This document shows, in pieces, positions 22,832 through 30,276 of a DNA stretch of 37,628 nt. The notes beneath the pieces are model-generated. The model saw nothing but the letters and a program-made list of their open reading frames with translations, did no database searches and was not told the DNA's origin. The position numbers and the translations under genes were made by a program. Position 1 is the first letter of the stretch. Every line of letters begins with the position of its first letter. Source of the stretch: Thermoleophilaceae bacterium (lineage in GTDB: Bacteria; Actinomycetota; Thermoleophilia; Solirubrobacterales; Thermoleophilaceae); contig JBPCRE010000182.1 in NCBI GenBank assembly GCA_050997195.1, forward strand, positions 1 to 37,628. The letters are read 5' to 3'.

Positions 22832-23672
22832 GCTCGACGCCCGCCGCGCGGCCATCGAGGAGCGCCTCAGCGGCCTCGGCGGTGCGGTGGTGGCCTTCTC
22901 GGGCGGCGTGGACTCCTCACTGGTGGCCGCGCTCGCCGTCCGGGCGCTCGGGTCGCGAGCGCTGGCCGTGACCGCCGTGTCTCCCGCGCTCGCCTCCGGT
23001 GAGCTCGAAGGGGCGCGGGAGGTGGCTCGGGCGGTGGGCATCGCGCACGAGTCCGTGTCCACCGAGGAGCTGGCGCGCGAGGCCTACCGCCGCAACGGGC
23101 CTGACCGCTGCTACCACTGCAAGACCGAGCTCTACGACGTGCTGGCCGCCCTCGGGGCGACGCGCGGATACCCCGCGCTGCTCTCGGGAGCCAACGCCGA
23201 CGACGCGGGGGACTGGCGCCCCGGCCTGCGGGCGGCGGCGGAGCGGGGGGTGATCCACCCGCTGCTCGAGCAGGGCCTCGGCAAGACGGAGGTGCGCGAG
23301 CTGGCTCGGCGTCTGGCGCTGCCGAGCGCGGCCAAGGCCGCGAGCCCCTGCCTCGCCTCGAGGATCCCCTACGGCACGCCGGTTGACCCCGGCACCCTCG
23401 AGCGCATCGACCGCGCGGAGCGGGGCGTGCGGGCGCTCGGGTTCGGCGTGCTCAGGGTCCGCCACCACGGAGCCCTCGGGCGCGTGGAGCTCGGGGCCGA
23501 GGAGCTCGCGCGCGGACTCGAGCCTCGCGTCCGCGCGGCCATCGTCGAGGCGGTGCGCGCGGGCGGCTACGCGGAGGCGGAGGTGGCCGAGCGGCCCTTC
23601 CGCTCGGGCTCGTTGAACGACGCGCTCACCCGGTCGGGTGCGGGTCGAGCGCCCGGCGCAGCAGCGCGATGA
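22824..23672 (+). CDS. larE: LarE, ATP-dependent sulfur-insertion protein (PP-loop ATP pyrophosphatase)
   Basis: GTG 22824 overlaps the larC end by 8 nt. PP-loop VAFSGGVDSS, CYHCK, and SPCLASRIPYG (equivalent to the L. plantarum sulfur-donor Cys). Confidence 0.9.
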   Translation: MPELDARRAAIEERLSGLGGAVVAFSGGVDSSLVAALAVRALGSRALAVTAVSPALASGELEGAREVARAVGIAHESVSTEELAREAYRRNGPDRCYHCKTELYDVLAALGATRGYPALLSGANADDAGDWRPGLRAAAERGVIHPLLEQGLGKTEVRELARRLALPSAAKAASPCLASRIPYGTPVDPGTLERIDRAERGVRALGFGVLRVRHHGALGRVELGAEELARGLEPRVRAAIVEAVRAGGYAEAEVAERPFRSGSLNDALTRSGAGRAPGAAAR

Positions 23673-24273
23673 GCGCGTCGCGGTGGCGGGCCACGGCCTC
23701 CGGCGACAGCGGATCCTCAGCCGTAAGCTCCCGGCGGAAGCGGGCGTCCGAGAAGTAGGTGAGCACCGTGCCGTAGCAGAGCTGCATGACCTCCAGCGGA
23801 TCGTGCGGGCGCAGCCGGCCGGCCGCGGTCTCGCGCTCGAGGAACGCCACCGCGCGCTCGAGGAAGGGGCGCAGGAACTCGGCGATGGCGTCGGCGAGGC
23901 GCCCCCCGCCCTCGATGGCCTCGCGGCGAACGATGCGCACGAAGTCCTCGTGGTGCTCGAAGAAGGAGAACGCCATCTCGATCAGGCGCGCCACCTGGTC
24001 GAAGCCGTCGAGCTTGTTCTCGATGGCTCCGTGGATCTCACCCGCCCAATCGGCCACCGCGGTCTCGATGACCGCGGCGTAGAGCCCTTCCTTGGACGAG
24101 AAGTAGTAGAGCAGCGTGGGGTGGCGCAGTCCGGCTCGCTCGGCGATGTCCTGGAGGCGCGCGCCGTCGAAGCCGCGGTTCGCGAACTCGGCGCGGGCCT
24201 CGATCAGGAGGCGCTGCCGGGAGCTGGCCTCGGGTGCGACGCCAGGGTCCTCGGGGGTTACGGCTCCCTCCAT
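23626..24273 (-). CDS. TetR-family transcriptional regulator
   Basis: C-terminal 215 codons of track ORF 23626..25461, from ATG 24273. HTH: RLLIEARAEFANRGFDGARLQDIAERAGLRHPTLLYYFSSKEGLY. Its 3' end overlaps the larE 3' end by 47 nt (convergent). Confidence 0.9.
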   Translation of the reverse strand: MEGAVTPEDPGVAPEASSRQRLLIEARAEFANRGFDGARLQDIAERAGLRHPTLLYYFSSKEGLYAAVIETAVADWAGEIHGAIENKLDGFDQVARLIEMAFSFFEHHEDFVRIVRREAIEGGGRLADAIAEFLRPFLERAVAFLERETAAGRLRPHDPLEVMQLCYGTVLTYFSDARFRRELTAEDPLSPEAVARHRDALIALLRRALDPHPTG

Positions 24274-24304
24274 GTCGCCGCAGCCTACGGAAGATCGCCG
24301 CTCG

Positions 24305-24318
24305 ACTGACACGTCAGT
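24305..24318. promoter_or_regulatory. Palindrome ACTGA-CACG-TCAGT between the divergent TetR gene and the reductase operon; candidate TetR operator
   Basis: Read directly. It lies in the 60-nt spacer between the ATG at 24273 (-) and the GTG at 24334 (+). It is the same motif as at 1080-1093. Confidence 0.5.
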
Positions 24319-24333
24319 AGAGATTGGGCTAGG

Positions 24334-26655
24334 GTGCTCGCGCGGCCGATGGGGGAGGAGCGGGTACAGCGGATAGCGGAGCTCCTCGAGGACAGGAGGC
24401 TGTTGCTCACGGGCGCCTCGGGCTTCGTGGGCAAGGGCGTGCTCTCCGCCTGCCTCGGGGCCGTGCCGGGGCTCCGCGAGATCCGCCTGCTGCTGCGCGC
24501 CACCGACGACGCCGACGCTCTGCGCCGCCTGCGCGAGGAGATCCTGCCGCAGACCCCCTTCTCCACCGGCGAAGCCGCCGACCTCGACGCCGCCATCGCC
24601 GGGGGCCGGCTGAGCGCCGTGGCGGCCGACCTGGCCGTGGACGGGTTCGGTCGAGCGACGCCGCTCGATCTCTCCGACGTCGACGTGGTGGTGCACTGCG
24701 CGGCCTCGGTGTCCTTCGAGGATCCGCTCGACCGCATGATCGAGCTGAACGCCCTGGGCGCCGGTCGGCTCGTGGACGCACTGCGGGCGAGCGGCTCGGA
24801 GCCCACCTTCGTCCACGTCTCGACGGCCTACGCGGCCGGCGAGCGCACGGGCCTCGTGCTCGAGCGCCCGTCCGGCAACACGCCGGCCGAGCCGGCGGTG
24901 GACCTCCGCGCCGAGCTCGAGGCGGCCCGCGCCTGGCGAAGCGATCTCGAGGCCGAGTCGCGGCTGCCCGCCCACCAGCACCGTTTCGTGCGCGACGCCC
25001 GAGAGGAGATCGGCCCGGCCGGGGCGCCCGCGGTGGGCGCTCGCGCCGAGGAGGCGCGGCGCGCGTGGGTGCAGACCGAGCTGCGCGAGCGCGGACGCGA
25101 GCGCTGCCGCGCCCTCGGATGGTCCGACGCGTACTCGTTCTCCAAGGCCCTGGGCGAGCGCGTGGTGGTCGAGCGCGGACTCGAGCGGCTCACCATCGTG
25201 CGGCCGAGCGTGATCGAGTCGGCGCTTCGCCACCCCCACGCCGGCTGGCTCGAGGGACTCAAGGTGGCCGATCCGGTGATCCTCGCCTACGGGCGCGGGC
25301 TGTTGCCGCGCTTCCCCGGCAACGGCTCGGTGCGCTTCGACATCGTGCCCGTGGACCTCGTGGCCAACGCCTGCATCGCCGCGGCGGCGCACCCGCCGAG
25401 CACGAGCCCCTGCGTCGTGAACGTGGCGAGCGGCAGCCGCCGCCCGCTCACGCTCGGGCACGCGGTGGAGATGATCGCCGACTACTTCCGCGAGCGCCCC
25501 TTCCCGGACGACGACGGTGTGGCCGTGGACATCAAGGCGCTTCCCCTCATCCCGTTCTCACGCGCCACCCGGGCCATCGACCGTGGCGAGCGCGCCGTTC
25601 GCCTCGGCCGGCGGATCGTGGGCCGCGTGCCGGTTCCGAACGCCGACGCGGTCGAGCGGCGGCTGCACCGCGAGCGCCGCTCGCTCGAGCGCCTGCGCCG
25701 GCTCTCGGAGCTCTACGCGCCCTACGGCGAGCTCGACTGCGTGTTCGACGACCGCCACGCCACCGAGCTCGAGGCACGCCTGCACCCCGAGGACCGCGCG
25801 CGCTTTTCCTTCGACGTGGCCGACATCGACTGGGAGGAGTACTTCAAGGACATCCACCTCCCGGCCCTGCGCGCGCTCGTCGGGGTGCCGCGCGTGGGCG
25901 TGCGCCCGGTCGCGCCCGAACGGGACGCTCGCCCGGCGCCCATCGAGGACGGTCCTCCGGGGCTTGCCTTCTTCGACGTGGAGGGCGTGCTGCTCGACAC
26001 CACGGTGGCCCACTTCTACGCGTGGCTTCGCACCCGCGACATGCCCCGGGGCGACCGCGCCCTGTGGTCGCTCGGCCTGGCCGCCCGGGCGCCGGGATAC
26101 CTCGTGGCCGACCGCCGCTCGCGCTCGGCCTTCAACCGCCGCTTCTACCGCAACTACCGTGGCCTGCCGGCCGCCGAGCTGCGCGAGCAGGCCGAGGAGG
26201 CGCTGTCGGAGTTCATCCTCCCGCGCGTGCACCAGGAGGCCGTGCGGCGCATCCGCGCGCACCGCCGCCGCGGCGATCGGGTGGTGCTGATGACCGGTGC
26301 CCTCGACTTCCTCGTCGCCCCCCTGCGCTTCCTGGCCGACGACCTCGTGGCGGCGCGCCTCACCGAGCGGCGCGGGGCCTTCACCGGGGAGCTGGCCGAG
26401 CCGCCGCTCACCGCCGACGGCCGCGCCTCGCTGGCCGCGCGGATGGCGGCCGAGCACGGCGCCGAGCTCGGCCAATGCCACGCCTCCGGCGACTCCTCAT
26501 CGGACCTGCCCATGCTCGAGCTCGTCGGCCATCCCCACGCGGTGAACCCCGACTTTCGCCTGAGCCGCGAGGCCCGGCGCCGGCGCTGGCCCATCCTCGA
26601 GTGGGACACCGAGCCGGGCGCCCGTACGAGGCCGCGCGTGGGGGCGGGCGCGTAG
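24334..26655 (+). CDS. Fusion protein: fatty-acyl-CoA/ACP reductase-type SDR (NAD_binding_4 / male-sterility domain) + HAD-IB family hydrolase
   Basis: Track ORF 24334..26655 (alternative ATG at 24349). N-terminal part: LLLTGASGFVGKGVL, VVVHCAASVSF, HVSTAYAAG, YSFSKALGE, IVRPSVI. C-terminal part: LAFFDVEGVLLDTT, VVLMTGALDF, HASGDSSSDLPML, AVNPD. Confidence 0.85.
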   Translation: MLARPMGEERVQRIAELLEDRRLLLTGASGFVGKGVLSACLGAVPGLREIRLLLRATDDADALRRLREEILPQTPFSTGEAADLDAAIAGGRLSAVAADLAVDGFGRATPLDLSDVDVVVHCAASVSFEDPLDRMIELNALGAGRLVDALRASGSEPTFVHVSTAYAAGERTGLVLERPSGNTPAEPAVDLRAELEAARAWRSDLEAESRLPAHQHRFVRDAREEIGPAGAPAVGARAEEARRAWVQTELRERGRERCRALGWSDAYSFSKALGERVVVERGLERLTIVRPSVIESALRHPHAGWLEGLKVADPVILAYGRGLLPRFPGNGSVRFDIVPVDLVANACIAAAAHPPSTSPCVVNVASGSRRPLTLGHAVEMIADYFRERPFPDDDGVAVDIKALPLIPFSRATRAIDRGERAVRLGRRIVGRVPVPNADAVERRLHRERRSLERLRRLSELYAPYGELDCVFDDRHATELEARLHPEDRARFSFDVADIDWEEYFKDIHLPALRALVGVPRVGVRPVAPERDARPAPIEDGPPGLAFFDVEGVLLDTTVAHFYAWLRTRDMPRGDRALWSLGLAARAPGYLVADRRSRSAFNRRFYRNYRGLPAAELREQAEEALSEFILPRVHQEAVRRIRAHRRRGDRVVLMTGALDFLVAPLRFLADDLVAARLTERRGAFTGELAEPPLTADGRASLAARMAAEHGAELGQCHASGDSSSDLPMLELVGHPHAVNPDFRLSREARRRRWPILEWDTEPGARTRPRVGAGA

Positions 26656-26657
26656 TC

Positions 26658-27812
26658 GTGCTCGGCCTCGAGTACTCGCCCTCGCCGGTGCGCCACACCG
26701 CGGCGCGGGTGTCCCGGCGTGCGGGAACGAGTGCGCTGCGCCTGCGCGAGGACCTCCGCCCGCCGCGGCTCCCGGCGCCCGAGTGGCTCTCGGTGCGGCC
26801 GCGCCTCTCGGGCATCTGCGGCTCCGACCAGGCGCTCGTGACCGGCGAGGCTTCGCCCTACCTCGCCGCGCTCACCTCCGGGCCGTTCGTGCCGGGTCAC
26901 GAGGTGGTGGGTGAGGTGGCCTCGGGCTCCCGCCGCGGGCAGCGCGTGGTGGTGGAGCCGGCGCTCGGGTGCGAGGCGCGCGGCATCCGCCCACCCTGTC
27001 CCGAGTGCCTCGAGGGCCTCCACGCCCTGTGCCGGAACGTGACGGCGGGATCGGTGTCGGCGGGCCTGCAGATCGGCTTCTGTCGCGACACCTGCGGGGG
27101 GTGGAGCGAGGGGCTCACCGCTCACGCCTCCCAGCTCCACGCCGTGCCCGATTCGCTCTCCGACGAGGACGCCGTGCTCGTCGAGCCGCTGGCCTGCGCG
27201 CTGCACGCCGCGCAGCGTGCGGCGCCACAGCCCGGCGAGGTGCTCGCCGTGATCGGGGCGGGCACCATGGGCCTGCTCGCGGTGGCCGCCCTGCGCGATC
27301 TCGCTCCGGAGGCCACCGTGGTGGCGCTCGCCAAGCACCCCGGCCAGGAGCTCGAGGCCCGCCGCCTGGGAGCCGACCACACCGCTCGCTCGGGGCGGCT
27401 GCACCTCGAGGGGGCACGACTCACCGGGGCGCGTCGACTGGTGGGCCACCTCGGTCGCGAGCTGCTGCTCGGCGGCTTCGACGCCGTGCTCGACTGCGTG
27501 GGCTCGGGCGCGTCGCTCGAGAGCGCGATCACCGCGGTGCGCCCGCGCGGGCGGGTCGTGCTCGTGGGCATGCCCGGCAGCGTGAGCGCCGACCTGGCGC
27601 TGGCGTGGCAGCGCGAGGTCGAGATCAAGGGCGCCTACGGCTACGCGCGGGACTTCCCCACCGCCCTCGAGCTGGCCGGGCGCATCCGCCCCGGTCGCCT
27701 GGTGGCGCGCGGCTGGCACCTGCGCGAGTACCGCGAAGCGCTCGCGGACGCTCCGCGGGCGGCGCGATCGGGGCGCGTGAAGACCGTGTTCGACCTGCGG
27801 AGCGAGACGTGA
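26658..27812 (+). CDS. Zinc-dependent medium-chain alcohol/polyol dehydrogenase (MDR family)
   Basis: Last 384 codons of track ORF 25065..27812. GTG 26658 lies 2 nt after the upstream stop. Motifs: GICGSDQ, GHEVVGEV, the structural-Zn cysteines CEARGIRPPCPECLEGLHALC, and VIGAGTMGLLAV. Confidence 0.85.
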   Translation: MLGLEYSPSPVRHTAARVSRRAGTSALRLREDLRPPRLPAPEWLSVRPRLSGICGSDQALVTGEASPYLAALTSGPFVPGHEVVGEVASGSRRGQRVVVEPALGCEARGIRPPCPECLEGLHALCRNVTAGSVSAGLQIGFCRDTCGGWSEGLTAHASQLHAVPDSLSDEDAVLVEPLACALHAAQRAAPQPGEVLAVIGAGTMGLLAVAALRDLAPEATVVALAKHPGQELEARRLGADHTARSGRLHLEGARLTGARRLVGHLGRELLLGGFDAVLDCVGSGASLESAITAVRPRGRVVLVGMPGSVSADLALAWQREVEIKGAYGYARDFPTALELAGRIRPGRLVARGWHLREYREALADAPRAARSGRVKTVFDLRSET

Positions 27813-29473
27813 GCGTGGTCGGACGTCTGCGAGCCTCCGCGCCGCCGGCGGTCGAGCGGCCGCCCGGTGGACGCTCGCGGCGCGTCCCGCCCGCCGTCGA
27901 GCGCGAGGCCTCGGTGGTCGAGGTCACCGACGTCTCGCCGCCCACCCTCTTTCACTCCGGCGATTCCATGCGCCTCGAGCGCCTGCCGGTGGGCTCGCGC
28001 ATCGTCTACCCCCCGCCGCCCCTGAAGGGCCTCGCCGACCTGGATGCGGCCATCGCCGCGGCGCTCGACGCGCCGCTCGGCATGGACCCCCTCGACGCGC
28101 TGCTCCGGCCCGGGATGCGCCTCACCATCGCCTTCGACGACATCTCGGTGCCGCTCCCGCCCATGCGTTCCCCGGACGTGCGCCAGCTCGTGATCGAGCA
28201 GGTGCTCGAGCGCGCCTACCGCGCCGGAGTGGACGACATCCACCTCATCGCGGCGCTCGCCCTGCACCGGCGGATGACCGGGGCGGAGCTGCGCGAGACC
28301 GTCGGCGCGCGGGTGTTCGACGCCTTCTACCCGGACCGCCTCTACAACCACGACGCCGAGGATCCGGGTGGGAACACCCCGATGGGCGAGACCGACGCGG
28401 GCGAGGTCGTGACGCTGAACCGCCGTGCGGCCGAGTCGGACCTCCTCGTCTACGTCCACCTCGTGACCGCCACCCTGCAGGGCGGGCCGAAGTCGGCGGC
28501 CATCGGTCTCGGCACCTACGGATCCATCTCGGCCCATCACAACGTGCACACGCTGCGCCACTCGCGCTCCTTCACCGACCCGCCCAACAGCGCCCTGCAC
28601 GCATCCTCGAACCGCCAGGGCGAGGTGATCGAGTCCGCCGTGCCCGTCTTCCACGTGGAGACCACCGTGAACAACGACATGTTCGCCGGGCCGCTGCGGT
28701 TCCTGGCCAGGCCCGAGCAGCGCTGGAGCGCTCGCGAGCAGGCCACGTTCGCCGGGATGAAGCGATTCCTCGACCGGGCTCCGGTGCGGATGCGGCGCAC
28801 GATGTTCCAGCGCCAGCGTGCTCCCTTCGAAGCGATCGGCGTGGCCGCAGGGGCGATCGAGCCCGTGCACGAGGCCATCCACGCCCGGGCATCGGAGCAG
28901 CAGGGGGTGCTGGTCGAGGGTCAGTCCGACATCGTGACCGCGGGGCTTCCCTACATCGGGCCCTACAACGTGAACTCGATCAACAACCCGGTGCTCGTCA
29001 TGTGCCTCGGGCTCGGGTACTTCTTCAACATGTACCGGGGCAAGCCGCTGGTGCGCCCCGGCGGGGTGATGATCTTCACCCATCCGGTGGAGCGCGAGTT
29101 CCACCCCGTCCACCACCCCTCCTACATCGACTTCTACGAGGAGGTGCTGGCCGAGACCACCGACCCCGTGGAGATCGAGCGCCGCTTCGAGCGCTCCTAC
29201 GCCGAGGACGAGTGGTACCGCCACCTCTACCGCACCAGCCACGCCTACCACGGCGTGCACCCCTTCTACATGTGGTACTGGGGCGCGCATGCGCTCGAGC
29301 ACGTGGGGGAGACCATCTTCGTGGGCGGAGATCCGGAGGCCTGCCGGCGCATGGGCTTCCGCCGGGCCGACACCATGCGCGACGCGCTCGAGATGGCCGA
29401 GCACGTGGTGGGGCGCTCACCATCGCTCACCCACTTCCACTGCCCGCCCATCTTCTACGCCGAGGTCACGTGA
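27809..29473 (+). CDS. Divergent LarA-family (lactate racemase-like, NPN-dependent) protein of unknown substrate
   Basis: Part of track ORF 26969..29473. GTG 27809 overlaps the upstream TGA; alternatives are GTG 27815 and ATG 27968. By eye it aligns with L. plantarum LarA: LTIAFDDISVPLP versus IVIISSDHTRPVP; LIAALALHRR versus LVATGFHRP; VHLVTATLQGGPKSAAIGLGTYGSISAHH versus [29 protein letters not shown]. Confidence 0.78.
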   Translation: MSVVGRLRASAPPAVERPPGGRSRRVPPAVEREASVVEVTDVSPPTLFHSGDSMRLERLPVGSRIVYPPPPLKGLADLDAAIAAALDAPLGMDPLDALLRPGMRLTIAFDDISVPLPPMRSPDVRQLVIEQVLERAYRAGVDDIHLIAALALHRRMTGAELRETVGARVFDAFYPDRLYNHDAEDPGGNTPMGETDAGEVVTLNRRAAESDLLVYVHLVTATLQGGPKSAAIGLGTYGSISAHHNVHTLRHSRSFTDPPNSALHASSNRQGEVIESAVPVFHVETTVNNDMFAGPLRFLARPEQRWSAREQATFAGMKRFLDRAPVRMRRTMFQRQRAPFEAIGVAAGAIEPVHEAIHARASEQQGVLVEGQSDIVTAGLPYIGPYNVNSINNPVLVMCLGLGYFFNMYRGKPLVRPGGVMIFTHPVEREFHPVHHPSYIDFYEEVLAETTDPVEIERRFERSYAEDEWYRHLYRTSHAYHGVHPFYMWYWGAHALEHVGETIFVGGDPEACRRMGFRRADTMRDALEMAEHVVGRSPSLTHFHCPPIFYAEVT

Positions 29474-29493
29474 GGTTCGCCCGGGGAGGGCGC

Positions 29494-30276
29494 ATGCTCG
29501 AGCGCCTGGCCGGCACCCCCGCACCGCGCCGGCGCCGGCCGTCGGGGCGGTGGCGCACGGTGCGTTCCGGACCGGACCCCTGGTCGGCCTCGGCCCCCCA
29601 GACGCCCGACCAGGCGTGGCTGCGCGGCCGCGCTCCCTCGCTGGCCCGCGACCTGCTCCAGGAGGGGCTGCTGTTTCCCGCCACCCGCTTCGTGGCCCAT
29701 CCGCGGGTCGAGGGAGCGGAGGACCTCGCCCACGCCCCGCAGCCGGCGGTGATTGCCCCCAACCACGGCTCGGACATCGACACGCCGCTCGTGCTCGGCG
29801 CCCTTCCCCGGGCCTGGCGATCGCGCACGGTCGTCGGGGCGGCGGCCGATCGCTTCTACCGCCGGCGCTCCTACGCGGTGATGAGCGGACTCTGGATCAA
29901 CACCTTCCCCTTCGATCGCTCGGGCGAAGGTCGCGGGGCCGCGGCGGCGGCCGAGTTCCTGCGCGAGGGCCACAACGTCCTCCTCTACCCGCAGGGCACA
30001 CGGTCCGCCGGCCAGCTCCAGGGCTTTCGCTCGGGCGTGGCCCGGCTCTGCGTGGCCACCGGCGCGCCGCTCGTGCCCGTGCACGTGGGCGGCACCTCGC
30101 TCATCATGCCCAAGGACCGCGGGCTCACGCGACGGGGCCGGGCCACGGTGCGCTTCGGAGCGCCGCTCATCCCCTTCGCGGGGGAGCGGCCGGAGGACTT
30201 CCTGGAGCGCACGCGCGAGGCCCTCGCGGCGCTGGCGCCTCGGAGCGCTCACGGGCGAGCGCGAATCGCGACCTGA
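29494..30276 (+). CDS. 1-acyl-sn-glycerol-3-phosphate acyltransferase-like (PlsC/LPLAT)
   Basis: Part of track ORF 29002..30276. ATG 29494 lies 4 nt after GGAGG; the alternative GTG 29470 overlaps the LarA-like TGA. HX4D block VIAPNHGSDIDTP, and LLYPQGTRS, ATGAPLVPVHV. Confidence 0.85.
   Translation: MLERLAGTPAPRRRRPSGRWRTVRSGPDPWSASAPQTPDQAWLRGRAPSLARDLLQEGLLFPATRFVAHPRVEGAEDLAHAPQPAVIAPNHGSDIDTPLVLGALPRAWRSRTVVGAAADRFYRRRSYAVMSGLWINTFPFDRSGEGRGAAAAAEFLREGHNVLLYPQGTRSAGQLQGFRSGVARLCVATGAPLVPVHVGGTSLIMPKDRGLTRRGRATVRFGAPLIPFAGERPEDFLERTREALAALAPRSAHGRARIAT

Noticed and set aside
20094-23062. Minus-strand ORFs of 661 aa (20094..22079) and 535 aa (21455..23062), and the plus-strand ORF at 21580..22971, overlapping larB/larC/larE
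   Set aside because: The LarB, LarC and LarE matches on the plus strand, in other frames, are full-length. These ORFs are Arg/Pro/Gly-rich with no motifs.
25065-29473. Very long N-terminal extensions of the track ORFs 25065..27812 (915 aa) and 26969..29473 (834 aa). The same problem affects 12633..14123, 14755..17145, 15864..18545, 19727..21451, 20780..22831, 23626..25461, 29002..30276 and 29289..31220.
   Set aside because: The extensions run through the preceding real gene in another frame and translate to Arg/Pro/Gly-rich sequence. Homology begins only near the upstream gene's stop, usually at an overlapping GTG. I trimmed the starts accordingly.
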